Source: Planctomycetota bacterium
GTDB taxonomy: Bacteria > Planctomycetota > UBA8108 > SXIK01
Direction of reading: 5' to 3'
Assembly: GCA_965223265.1 (NCBI GenBank)
Contig: OZ244999.1
Location: 1,408,001-1,472,000 of the forward strand
DNA: 64,000 nucleotides
The notes beneath the pieces are model-generated. The model saw nothing but the letters and a program-made list of their open reading frames with translations. It searched no databases and was not told where the DNA came from. Of this stretch, positions 1-9,858 are shown piece after piece. Numbering within the stretch: position 1 is the stretch's first letter; every line of letters starts with the position of its first letter. The translations under genes and the position numbers were made by a program.

Positions 1-159
1 CAGCTGTGTTACCCGACGCTCATTCTTACGGCTCATGCGACGGACGAAGGTGCCAGCGAAGCCAAGGCGCTCGGGGCAAGCGCGTACCTGAGCAAACCAG
101 ACTTGGTCGAAGAGGTGCTACCGGTGATCGAGACGCTGCTCGGGGCTGCTTCGTCTTGA
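1..159 (+). CDS. Response regulator receiver domain, C-terminal part (5'-truncated by window edge)
   Basis: Frame 1 reads QLCYPTLILTAHATDEGASEAKALGASAYLSKPDLVEEV...*, matching the receiver beta4-beta5 pattern (P-x-x-I-L-T-A ... GA-x-x-YL-x-KP). Not in the ORF track. Confidence 0.8.
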   Translation, partial: QLCYPTLILTAHATDEGASEAKALGASAYLSKPDLVEEVLPVIETLLGAASS

Positions 160-279
160 GAGACAGTTCTCGATCATCATCGCGATGAGCGGATGCGGTT
201 GGGCGCTGTAATGCGTGGTTTCGAACGACCTGGCCGAACCGGCCCGAAGTGGTCGGATAAGCGGCTGCCCGTTCTGCTG

Positions 280-1935
280 TCACTCTTCGTCTCTCACTTC
301 GAACACTTCGAACTCGAAGCGCACTTCGCGTGAATCGCGATAACCCAACCGAACCGCCTTGAAGCGCATTCGAGTAGTTTGTCGAATTTTGAGCGGCGTC
401 GTGTACAGCTTCCAGTGCGGCGACTCACCTGCGTCAGTTGTGTAGGCGATGGAGGCTCCCTCGGTGTCACAAGTGACGTGCACGTCCACCGCGTGATCGA
501 AGCGCCCGCCGGGCGGCCGCACGGCAGGCGCAGCGGCGGTGGACCATTTGCCGTCAGGACGCATGCGCTCGTCAAGCTCAGACTCAACAGTGAAGCCCTG
601 GTCTGCAGTGTCTTGCATCCAGTGTTCCAATGCGGTTCGCAGGCGCTCTAGGTGCTTGTCGTAGTCGGGGAGGCCGACAAGGTTGCGGACTTCATGTGAA
701 TCGACCGTCGTATCGTAGAGTTCTTCTCGAGGCTTTTGCGGCAGAAAAAAGTTTCTTTCTCTACCCTTGAGTTTGCCACTGCGGTGGAGCCGACGCATCT
801 CGATCAGGGTCGGCATCTTCTCGGCGTACTCGATCACTTGAGAGTAGGGCTTCTCCGGTTCGAAGTTGCGGATGTACTTGAACCGGGTATCGCGGACGGC
901 TCGGATGATGTCGTATGTCTCATCCATTCGATCTCGCGCTGCGAAAACGTGCTCCGGCGGAGGTTGTGACTTCGTGCCAACAAAAATGCGGCCGTCCATG
1001 CGAGGCGGCGGCGCGATTCCGCAGAGCGCCAGAGTCGTCGGTGCGAAGTCGACGAAGCTGACAAGGTCTCGACATACCGTCTGCGATTCGATGTGCCGAG
1101 GCCATCGAACGATGAGTGGAATGTGGATCCCTGAGTCGTAGATCCACCGCTTCGCGCGAGTCAGGCCACGACCGTGATCGGAAAAGAAAAAGACGATGGT
1201 GTCGTCTCTGAGCCCATCTCGCTCGAGCCGATCGAGAACGTCACCTACTTGCGCATCGACTGCCTGGAGTAGGTCATAGTAGCGAGCGATGTATTTACGT
1301 ACGACGGGCGTGTCCGGATAGTAGGGTGGGACTTCGACCTGCGTCGGGTCCTGCCGATCTCCAGGCCGCAAGTGTTGCGTCGCCTGCGCATACATCCCCG
1401 GTTCGCGGTCGCGGATACGACTCTCGTGCGTTGTGACGAAATTGATCACCGAAAAGAAGGGTTGATCGGGTGCGCGGCCCCGCCAGTCGGCACCGGCACG
1501 ATTCTCGTCCCATGCGGTCAGAGGCACGGGAAAGTTGTAGTGGGTCTTTCCCGTGTTGGTACAGTAGTAGCCCGCAGCGCGCAGGTATTCCGTGAAACAC
1601 TTCACGTAAGCCGGTGGAACGACGTTGTCGTCCATGTGATGAGTGCCGATGCGCGTTGGATACATCCCTGTGATGATCGCGGATCGACTCGGGGCGCAGA
1701 CGCCTGAGACCGAGAATGCTCGAGTGAAGCGAGCGCCCTCGCGAGCCAGCTGGTCGATGCGAGGAGTTCGTGCCAGGCGATCGCCGTAGCAGCCGAGATC
1801 TGGGCTCGCGTCTTCGATCGTGATCCAGAGGATGTTCGGGTGCGGAGTCGTCGCACCGGTACCGAACGTGAGGCGTGGCGACAAGGTGCAAAATACGGCA
1901 AGAAGCCACATCGCACGGACTGTCCGCGAACCCAT
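280..1935 (-). CDS. Secreted formylglycine-dependent sulfatase with C-terminal chitobiase/Fn3-associated-like domain
   Basis: PNILWITIED, CAPSRSAIITG (CxPxR), FFSDHG, ELYD motifs; signal-like N-terminus; C-terminal IAYTTD...LYTTPLKI...RFKAV. Start moved from 2097 to ATG 1935 (approximate). Confidence 0.9.
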   Translation of the reverse strand: MGSRTVRAMWLLAVFCTLSPRLTFGTGATTPHPNILWITIEDASPDLGCYGDRLARTPRIDQLAREGARFTRAFSVSGVCAPSRSAIITGMYPTRIGTHHMDDNVVPPAYVKCFTEYLRAAGYYCTNTGKTHYNFPVPLTAWDENRAGADWRGRAPDQPFFSVINFVTTHESRIRDREPGMYAQATQHLRPGDRQDPTQVEVPPYYPDTPVVRKYIARYYDLLQAVDAQVGDVLDRLERDGLRDDTIVFFFSDHGRGLTRAKRWIYDSGIHIPLIVRWPRHIESQTVCRDLVSFVDFAPTTLALCGIAPPPRMDGRIFVGTKSQPPPEHVFAARDRMDETYDIIRAVRDTRFKYIRNFEPEKPYSQVIEYAEKMPTLIEMRRLHRSGKLKGRERNFFLPQKPREELYDTTVDSHEVRNLVGLPDYDKHLERLRTALEHWMQDTADQGFTVESELDERMRPDGKWSTAAAPAVRPPGGRFDHAVDVHVTCDTEGASIAYTTDAGESPHWKLYTTPLKIRQTTRMRFKAVRLGYRDSREVRFEFEVFEVRDEE

Positions 1936-2119
1936 GACGCGAAACTTGTCCGGTGCTGCTGTCCTGGCGTTGTAGATGATCATGAATCTCACATGGAAAA
2001 GCGGTTCGACACTTCTTCCACCGCCTGCTGTAACACATACTGGTTGCGGACTCTCTTGACTCCCCTGCCCCTCCGGCCGGAACATCTGTCCCGGCACGTA
2101 TTCATGACAACACCAACTT

Positions 2120-4585
2120 ATGGAGAGATCAATGACGCTGCAGTCTTCCGCGCCTCCGCAGCCGCTGCTCGCTCAACGTGTTGCTATCGTCTCTCTTTTC
2201 GTCCTGCTCGTAGCAGGAACAGAGGCGGCAGCGGGGGAGCGCATTGTCGCCGCCGACCGGGCGCGCGCCGATGCGGACTCTGGCCTGCTGTGGTACGACC
2301 TTCGTTTGCTGGACGTCGAAGGGCAAGGCTGGACCGACACACTCGCTCCGTACGATCGACTGCCCCGAGAGGCTGAATCAACCGTGCGCCCAGCGCTTTG
2401 GAATCTCAGTCGACACTCGGCAGGTATTTGTGCACGCTTCGTCACTGACGCTCCTGAGATCCATGTGTCGTGGACGCTGACTAACGAACGGCTGGCCATG
2501 CCTCACATGCCAGCTACCGGAGTGAGCGGGGTCGACCTTTACGCGCGATCCGATCAGGGTGAGTGGCGCTGGCTCGCGGTAGGCAGACCAGACGGGACGA
2601 AAAACACGGCTCGATTGGCCTCCGGCATCGCGGTGGGGCGACGCGAGTACTTGATGTACCTGCCGCTTTATAACGGTGTCTCGTCGGTGGAGATTGGAAT
2701 TCCACGCGACAAGGCTTTGGCGCGAGCGGAGCCGCGCGCATCCACCCATCGCAGACCTCTTGTCTTCTACGGCACGTCCATCACCCACGGTGCCTGTGCC
2801 TCGCGCCCCGGGATGCCGCACCCGGCGATCCTCGGACGCTGGTTCGAGCGCCCGGTGATCAACCTTGGCTTTTCCGGCAACGGTAAGATGGAGCCTGAGG
2901 TGACCGTGCTCCTCGCCGAGCTCGACGCCGCCGTCTATATCATCGACTGCCTGCCGAACATGAACGCGGCAGAAGTCAGCGCGCGGACCGGGCCGCTCGT
3001 GCGGGGGCTGCGCGCAGTGCGCCCGGCAACACCGATCCTGCTCGTCGAGGACCGCAACTACACCAATTCGTTTCTCCTCGAGACGCAGCGAGAGCGTAAC
3101 CGCACGAATCAGGATGCTCTCAAGCACGCGTATTGGGAACTCCGTGACGCCGGAGTTCGCGGCCTCTACTATCTCGACGGAGAGAAGCTTCTCGGTGCTG
3201 ACGGTGAAGACACCGTCGATAGCTCGCACCCGTCGGACCTCGGTTTCATGCGGCAGGCCGAGGCCTTTCGCACCGCCCTTGAACCGATCCTGCAAAGGGA
3301 GACGGGGACTCGCGGAAGCGCATCGGCGAACTCAACCAGTGGCGGCACGACTGTCCGCGTGGCTGCCATCTCATTTGTCCCGGAGAAGTACAACCTCCAA
3401 GGTAACACTGACCGCCTCGAGCAGGCGTTCCGCGACGCGGCGGCTGGTGGCGCCAAAATCGCGGTCGCGCCGGAGGGCGTCCTCGAAGGCTACGTTGTCG
3501 ATGGCATCGTCGCCGGCGAGGTTCCTGAGGAGGAAATGAAGAAGGTCGCCGTCGAGATCGATGGTCCCGTGATCAAGAGATTCCAGGCACTAGCCAAGGA
3601 GCTTGAGATGAGTCTGGCGTTCGGATTCGCCGAGCGCATCGATGGCGACGTGTTCAACTGTGCAGTCTTCATCGACGATCAAGGGCGCGTGCGTGGGAAG
3701 TACCACAAGATGCAGCTGGCCGAAGGCTACCACCCCTCCTGGTGGTTCAATCGCCTTGGGCGGCAGAGTCGTGCATTCGACACGCCGTACGGCCGCTGCG
3801 GGTTTTTGATCTGCAACGATCGTTGGAATCCGCAGCTGGCACGCATTCCCGTGCTTGACGGCGCCAGGTTCTTGATCATCCCGTCGTTCGGATCACGCTC
3901 CAAGAATCAAGACGACGCCGTCTTAGGTCGCGGACGCGAAAACGGCGTGCCGGTGATCGAAGCCAACGTCGGTGTCACCCTCATCGTCGATCAAGACGAG
4001 ATCGCGGCTGTCGATCGGAGCGAGGTGGCGATTACGTATGGCAGCATCACGATCCCCGAATCTGTAGACCCTCAACCGCTCGAGCGCGATCGGATCGAAG
4101 GGGAGTTTCTGGATTGGCGCAGACGAGAGATGAAGCGGCGCTTCATGCGCAGGATGCAGCGAGTTGCGCAAAAGCGATTCGGAGGGATTGCGAACGTCGG
4201 GGTGGAAAAGCAGGAGTTCGTCGATGACACGCTCATCCATCAGATGTCGGGCGCGTCGCGTACGACCGACGCCGCAGGGGGATTCGTCGCGATCGAGACT
4301 GGAAGGTCGCAGGGCACGATCGTAACGAAGGCGCTCACCACGTCCGGGCAGAAACTCTACATCGACGTCGATGCACGCGGTGGTTCGATCTCGGTCGAGC
4401 TTCTCGGCGCCAACGGCAAGACCCTAAAAGGTTTCGAGCACTCCGCCGCGCAGCCGATGACGGGCGACGGTCTCCAGCGCGTTGAGTGGACACGGGGCGC
4501 CCGGCTTGCCAACCTCGCCGAACTACCAATCGTCATGAAGTTCTACATGAAGCAGTGCAAGCTGCGCGGGTTTGAGTTTCGCTGA
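2120..4585 (+). CDS. Three-domain fusion: SGNH (GxDLY-type) esterase + carbon-nitrogen hydrolase (nitrilase superfamily) + C-terminal beta-sandwich
   Basis: SGVDLY, YGTSITHG, NLGFSGNG, DSSHP (SGNH); APEG, YHKMQL, LICND (E-K-C triad); C-terminal domain resembles those of 4596 and 36235. Confidence 0.85.
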   Translation: MERSMTLQSSAPPQPLLAQRVAIVSLFVLLVAGTEAAAGERIVAADRARADADSGLLWYDLRLLDVEGQGWTDTLAPYDRLPREAESTVRPALWNLSRHSAGICARFVTDAPEIHVSWTLTNERLAMPHMPATGVSGVDLYARSDQGEWRWLAVGRPDGTKNTARLASGIAVGRREYLMYLPLYNGVSSVEIGIPRDKALARAEPRASTHRRPLVFYGTSITHGACASRPGMPHPAILGRWFERPVINLGFSGNGKMEPEVTVLLAELDAAVYIIDCLPNMNAAEVSARTGPLVRGLRAVRPATPILLVEDRNYTNSFLLETQRERNRTNQDALKHAYWELRDAGVRGLYYLDGEKLLGADGEDTVDSSHPSDLGFMRQAEAFRTALEPILQRETGTRGSASANSTSGGTTVRVAAISFVPEKYNLQGNTDRLEQAFRDAAAGGAKIAVAPEGVLEGYVVDGIVAGEVPEEEMKKVAVEIDGPVIKRFQALAKELEMSLAFGFAERIDGDVFNCAVFIDDQGRVRGKYHKMQLAEGYHPSWWFNRLGRQSRAFDTPYGRCGFLICNDRWNPQLARIPVLDGARFLIIPSFGSRSKNQDDAVLGRGRENGVPVIEANVGVTLIVDQDEIAAVDRSEVAITYGSITIPESVDPQPLERDRIEGEFLDWRRREMKRRFMRRMQRVAQKRFGGIANVGVEKQEFVDDTLIHQMSGASRTTDAAGGFVAIETGRSQGTIVTKALTTSGQKLYIDVDARGGSISVELLGANGKTLKGFEHSAAQPMTGDGLQRVEWTRGARLANLAELPIVMKFYMKQCKLRGFEFR

Positions 4586-4595
4586 GCGGAGAGGA

Positions 4596-6128
4596 TCACA
4601 CGAACTGGATCGAGTAGAGCGCAGCGTTACGCATCTCGAAACGAATGCGCACGGGTTTGCCCGCGAGCGGCGCTAAGCTTTTGCCTTGCCAAGTGACTTC
4701 ATGCACGCCGCTTTTCACGAGCGGCTGGCAACGATCGATCGTGAACCCTGCGATCGTGCCGCCTGAGGGACCTTCGAGCGCGACGCGGACGTCGCATTCG
4801 TCGAAGCGCGGTGGGATCCGAGGTGACTGCTGCGGCGTGCCCGCCTGGAGGTCGACGTGTAGCTTCGATCCGGTGAAAAGGAGCGGCTGCGTCACCAGCG
4901 TTGCGCGGTACGGACCGGCCACTAGTCCGACCCAGCGATCGCGCGGCAGCGTGCACAGCGCAACGTTGGCGTCGTCGGCGCGACGGCTCGGTTCGGGGCG
5001 TGCGTGCGCGCGGTTGAGAGCCGTGTAGTAGACGAACACCTCGTCGTCGCGGAAAAGAGGCGCCGAAGGAACGGTGTGGAGCATGCGGCCGTCCTCGTGC
5101 GTGCCTATCGCCTCGTGCCCAAGGAACGGAACCTTGCGGTCGACCCATGTCCAGTGAAAGCCGTCACGACTGCTCATGAGGTAGACGCTCACCGAGTGCT
5201 GGAACGACTCCAGCACCGTGTTGAGTCCGATGTAGAACTCGCCGTCGATCGCGCCCGTCATGTGTAAATACTGGTGGTCGTAGCGGTCGTCGTGATCCGG
5301 AGTCAACATGACGCGTGTCGGCGTCCAGTGGATGAAGTCATCACTCGTGGCGTAGCCGAGCGAGCGGATGTGACGATGATCTCCCGTGCCGTAGATCTCA
5401 GGTGCGAGGCCATGTCCGGGGCGTGCCCACAGCACGTACTTGTCGATCTTGTGATCCCAACCGAGGAGATAGGTGCCGTCACCCATGTTTGGTCCGTGCT
5501 TGATGAGAGGATTGCCCGGGCGCACGTGCCAATGAATGCCGTCGGGCGAGAAGGCGACGACAGCACCGCCGGTATGATTCGGCACGGGACCGTCGAATTC
5601 ACCCCACGCCTTGTACCGTCGCGCCGGGTCAGGATCGTGGGAGTCTTTGAACACACCCGAGAAGCTCGGGTCGTTCCAGAACGCGACGATGTTGTTGGCC
5701 TTTGAACCGTTGAATTCGAACAAACCAAGCTCGGGTTTTTCCCAGTTTTGGCCATCCTCCGACACCGCGTAGCACCAGGCACGCCCGCGCCCTGGCACGG
5801 CCGAAGCGTTGTACCACATCTTGAACTTCGCTTCGTCAGCGTCGTAGATGACCGCTGGACCGTGCAGCGACACGCGTCCATCGGATTCCCATGGGCGGTC
5901 GGCGACGAGAACTGGATTGTGAACTGAAGGCGTCGGGCGTGTGAGCACCGGCCGGATCTTGGTGGCCTGAAAGACGAGCAGGTCATCGAGAAACGGCTGC
6001 TTGGTGCTGCCGATATCGATGATCCCCGGCACGGGCGGGCTGGCGGGTGTGAACAAGCGGTCGCGCGCGAGGAGGGGAGAGGTGACGAATATCGACGCGC
6101 AGGTTTGGAGGAAGCGGCGGCGGTTCAT
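4596..6128 (-). CDS. Tat-exported five-bladed beta-propeller glycoside-hydrolase-like protein
   Basis: MNRRRFLQ twin-arginine signal at 6128; repeated Asp-box-like S-x-D-G-x-x-W motifs; C-terminal beta-sandwich. Confidence 0.75.
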   Translation of the reverse strand: MNRRRFLQTCASIFVTSPLLARDRLFTPASPPVPGIIDIGSTKQPFLDDLLVFQATKIRPVLTRPTPSVHNPVLVADRPWESDGRVSLHGPAVIYDADEAKFKMWYNASAVPGRGRAWCYAVSEDGQNWEKPELGLFEFNGSKANNIVAFWNDPSFSGVFKDSHDPDPARRYKAWGEFDGPVPNHTGGAVVAFSPDGIHWHVRPGNPLIKHGPNMGDGTYLLGWDHKIDKYVLWARPGHGLAPEIYGTGDHRHIRSLGYATSDDFIHWTPTRVMLTPDHDDRYDHQYLHMTGAIDGEFYIGLNTVLESFQHSVSVYLMSSRDGFHWTWVDRKVPFLGHEAIGTHEDGRMLHTVPSAPLFRDDEVFVYYTALNRAHARPEPSRRADDANVALCTLPRDRWVGLVAGPYRATLVTQPLLFTGSKLHVDLQAGTPQQSPRIPPRFDECDVRVALEGPSGGTIAGFTIDRCQPLVKSGVHEVTWQGKSLAPLAGKPVRIRFEMRNAALYSIQFV

Positions 6129-6547
6129 GGAGTGATTCTCCGGTTGACCTGACGACTGGTGCGTTGAGCCGACTGACGAACAATTCTTGCACGAACCGGA
6201 ACCTTGGCGCGACACTGATAACTGGTCGAAGTTGAGGTGATCATCGGAGTTCGCTCGACGACTCACGCTCACCGATAGAAGAGTTTTAGTGATCGGAGCA
6301 CCTGTTTGATCTTTGACCGCAGCGGTCGGTGCGTTGAGAGGAACGGACTTACAGTCGACCGATTGGTTCCCATGGGCGATGACGGGGCGTCGTGGTCCAA
6401 GGCGTTGCTCGCCGCCGCAGATCGAAGCTGGTGAATCTGCCTATCGTGCACGTAGGAGCGACAGCCAAGATTTTGCCGTCCGTCCCTACCTCGACGACGT
6501 ATAACCCTCCAAACGCTGACGACGGTTCCGATCGAGGAATAGGCACG

Positions 6548-7162
6548 ATGGACGATTCTCGAGACGCGACGGTGAGAGCGCAGAACGTCGACGACGACCG
6601 AGAGCTTCTTCGCGAGATCGCGAGCGGCGATCTTCGACGCTTCGATGTCTTCGTAGATCGCTACAAGCATCGGCTGATTCGTTTCCTGACCCTACGCACC
6701 GGTGACTTCCACCGCGCTGAGGATCTCTGCCAAGAGGTCTTTCTACGGGTTTTCTCGGCAGTAGGGCAGCGAGGCTACAACGGGCGTAGTGCCGTGAGCA
6801 CATGGCTGTTCACGATTGCTTCGAACTGTTCGACGGATGCACTGCGCGCCGCGCGGAGGCAACGTTTGAAGTTCGCGGTGGATTCTCTCACTTCCGGGTC
6901 AGCCGAACATGCAGCAACCCAACCGCTACCGATCGATCGATTGATTCACGAGGAGCGACGCCAAGAGATCGCGTCGATCTTCGAGAGGCTTGACGACGAA
7001 CTCCGTGCCGCGGCAGCACTGCGGCTGTACGGTGAGTTGACCTACGCGGAAATCAGCTCTGTCCTCAACTGTCCGATTTCGACTGCGAAAGACCGAGTGC
7101 GGAAGGCGCTCGAGATCATTCGACGACGTGTTGGTACTACAGGAGCTCTGAGAGATGACTGA
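6548..7162 (+). CDS. ECF RNA polymerase sigma-70 factor
   Basis: AEDLCQEVFLRVF, STWLFTIASN (region 2); LTYAEISSVLNCPISTAKDRVRKA (region 4). Start ATG 6548 inferred. Confidence 0.92.
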   Translation: MDDSRDATVRAQNVDDDRELLREIASGDLRRFDVFVDRYKHRLIRFLTLRTGDFHRAEDLCQEVFLRVFSAVGQRGYNGRSAVSTWLFTIASNCSTDALRAARRQRLKFAVDSLTSGSAEHAATQPLPIDRLIHEERRQEIASIFERLDDELRAAAALRLYGELTYAEISSVLNCPISTAKDRVRKALEIIRRRVGTTGALRDD

Positions 7163-9812
7163 GACGAGGGCATTCGACAAGTCAGAACGAGACGCTCGCG
7201 AGCGTCTCGACAAAATTCTTCCCGACGTGGGAGAAGGCTTCAACGTACGTCTGAAAACTACACTTCTGGACACACGTGACATGGAGCTGACGCAGCGAAG
7301 TGATCCGGCGCCTCGCCCGAGACACGCATACTCGTTCGTGGGTGGAGCGGCCGCTGCGGCGTTCTTGATTGCATTGGCGTGGTTGATCGTTCCCGATTTC
7401 ACCTCACGTCCGACTGCGTGGGCGGAGGTCGTCACCGCCGTCACGAACTTGCGGCACTTTTCGGTGACTGTCTACGAGGAACGAAAGGCGGAGCTCCGCC
7501 GGACCGAGGGCTACTATCTTGCGCCCGATTCCTGGCGCGTCCATCACATGAGCGAGGCTTCGAACCAAGTGATCTTCGTCACCCGCGGCGGAAGTGGTCG
7601 ATTCGACGTCGACAAGAAAGTCTGGAGCCAGCGTAGCGCAGACATCGATTTCTCTCTGATGCCTGCGAACTTTTCGAAAATCATTGAGGCGGAAGGTTTG
7701 CTTGCAGCGGTGCTCAAAAGCTTCTTTCGCCAAAAGACTCCGCATCGCACTCCCGTTCGCAACACTGCGGAGTCGGAACGAGGTGAGCTTGAGGTTTTTG
7801 ACCTCGTCGATGATGCGTCGAGCAACTGGATGCGCGTCTGGGTGTTGCCCAGGTCCCGGCTTCCGATCCGCGCCAAGACGTTTGAGCCGAGTTTGAATCG
7901 TACCTCAACGCTTGAGTTCGACTACGCGGACCCACGATCGGGCGAGTTTTTCGATCTCAAAGCGTTTGGCGAGAAATCGCAAGAGGCAGGTCTTGAGCCG
8001 TATGAGACCTTTCGCATTGGCGAGAGGGTGGTCGCTGGGCGGTCACGGTCAACACGTGAGCTCCACCAAGTCGATGGGATCCGTGTCCCCAGAGTTCTTG
8101 ACGTGATCAGCAATCGTCCGGGGGACATCCTCATCAGAACCGACGATCCGAGAAATCGTTCGCCGAAGGGCTTCCGCCTCCGATCGCGTTTGTGGAAGGA
8201 GGCACACGACAGCGTTGGCAATCTGTATCTTCGGTTTAGCAGTGCCAGCGACAAGCAGGGGAACGTCTACAGTTACTATGTTCCTGTGGCACCGCGCAAA
8301 GAAGCGCCCAGCGAAACGTCGCTCAAGCTGCACCTTCGCTACGACGAGTGGTTTCAGTTTCTTGAACGGCCAGCATCAAGCGTCACGGAAGATCTAGCGG
8401 GAAACATTGACGTGGACGTCCCTGAGGCGAGCGTCGACTTCGTGCCTTCGGGATGGCCTGAGCTCGTTGATCCTCAAGGTGTACGGCGCCTGGCAGGATT
8501 CGGGCTCTATGACTCCATGCCGCCGATCGAAGAACTCGCTGTCGTGGACCGGTTGCTTGTCGACCAGCCGGAGGAGATGGAGTTTCTCTGGCGCAAGCTC
8601 AGAAGCCTCGACCGAATCGACGGCAAGGTCGCTGATGACTTTTTCGCTTCCAACCTACTCGACGTCGCGAGCGGCCATCCCATCGAGTACGCGCACATGG
8701 CTCGCTTTCTCTTGCGCCGGGCCGTCCAACTTGCGCGGCAAGAGCAGCTTGATGCCGTTGACGGACTCGCGCAGCAAACGAAGGTTGCATGGGAGACGGA
8801 ATTCGCTAAGCGTTCGCAAAAACCAGGCAACAGCGCTGACTATTGGCGCAAGAGCTTTCAGACCGATGACATCGGCAAGCTCGTCGCCTTTCCGAGCAAG
8901 GTGCGAAGCCTGATGAGCCTGCCGCCCGCGGAGCTCCCAAAGATTCTTGGTGCCACGAGTACGCGTGACGGATTCGCTCTGGTGACGATCGAAGAGCCGC
9001 GCAACGAGCCGGTCCGCTGGTACAGTATGAGCACTCCGGCAAACAGTCCGTGGAGCTACGTCACAGACTTTAACGAGCCTCGAGAGGTGTGGGAAGCCGC
9101 ACGCAAGGGGCGACGGCTTGTGGTCTGCCAAGGAGAGGGAGGCAAGCTCCAGCTGATCGCGACGGAGACGTCGACATTGGCTCCGTTGCTGCTTCCTGAG
9201 GTTTCGGTGCCGGCACCTTCGGTCGACACGCTGGACGGTTATCTCGAACGCCAACGAGGCTACCTCGTGCGGAGTGATACTTCGCAATTGCCAGCACACG
9301 ACCAGCTCTACCAACTTGGACTCTATTACGAGCGCATCCATAGCTTCGACTTGGCCGCTGAGGTCTACGAGAGGGCCTTGGGGTCTCTTTCCGAGTCTGG
9401 CGAAGATCTCGCAGCGCAGCAAACGAAGGCGAGCATCGCGTTGGTGCACATCCGAGCGCTGCGCCGCAGCGGCGAATTGAACGAGGCGCTCACGCGACTT
9501 GAGAACATCATGGCGCATCTTCCCGAGCAGGCCGCAGGGGCTTACACGAGCTACAACGACTTCTTCATGACATCGATCGAAGAGCGCATGGAGATTGCCG
9601 CTGCCTACTTGCGGCTGGGCGACCGCGAGCGCGCACGCGAGTTGGTCGAAGCATTCGCAACGACGCGGCCAGACTATCGAACGCTCTCGAACTCAAACGA
9701 CAAGTTCCCGAAAGGATTTGCTGGCAGGACGGAGTTGATGCGTCCTCGTGGGCGAGCTTTTTACCGTTATCTGCCTCTCGATCGGATGCTGCTGAAGTTG
9801 AAGTCGAAGTGA
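7155..9812 (+). CDS. Putative membrane-anchored anti-sigma factor with large periplasmic region (LolA-like N-part, TPR-like C-part)
   Basis: Overlaps the sigma stop by 8 nt; one hydrophobic segment (FVGGAAAAAFLIALAWLIV) followed by AWAEV; TPR-like helices (LYQLGLYYE...AAEVYERAL). Confidence 0.7.
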   Translation: MTETRAFDKSERDARERLDKILPDVGEGFNVRLKTTLLDTRDMELTQRSDPAPRPRHAYSFVGGAAAAAFLIALAWLIVPDFTSRPTAWAEVVTAVTNLRHFSVTVYEERKAELRRTEGYYLAPDSWRVHHMSEASNQVIFVTRGGSGRFDVDKKVWSQRSADIDFSLMPANFSKIIEAEGLLAAVLKSFFRQKTPHRTPVRNTAESERGELEVFDLVDDASSNWMRVWVLPRSRLPIRAKTFEPSLNRTSTLEFDYADPRSGEFFDLKAFGEKSQEAGLEPYETFRIGERVVAGRSRSTRELHQVDGIRVPRVLDVISNRPGDILIRTDDPRNRSPKGFRLRSRLWKEAHDSVGNLYLRFSSASDKQGNVYSYYVPVAPRKEAPSETSLKLHLRYDEWFQFLERPASSVTEDLAGNIDVDVPEASVDFVPSGWPELVDPQGVRRLAGFGLYDSMPPIEELAVVDRLLVDQPEEMEFLWRKLRSLDRIDGKVADDFFASNLLDVASGHPIEYAHMARFLLRRAVQLARQEQLDAVDGLAQQTKVAWETEFAKRSQKPGNSADYWRKSFQTDDIGKLVAFPSKVRSLMSLPPAELPKILGATSTRDGFALVTIEEPRNEPVRWYSMSTPANSPWSYVTDFNEPREVWEAARKGRRLVVCQGEGGKLQLIATETSTLAPLLLPEVSVPAPSVDTLDGYLERQRGYLVRSDTSQLPAHDQLYQLGLYYERIHSFDLAAEVYERALGSLSESGEDLAAQQTKASIALVHIRALRRSGELNEALTRLENIMAHLPEQAAGAYTSYNDFFMTSIEERMEIAAAYLRLGDRERARELVEAFATTRPDYRTLSNSNDKFPKGFAGRTELMRPRGRAFYRYLPLDRMLLKLKSK

Positions 9813-9858
9813 GTTCTCGCGATCAAGATCACGTTCTGCATGGACGCCGTCGCTCCGA

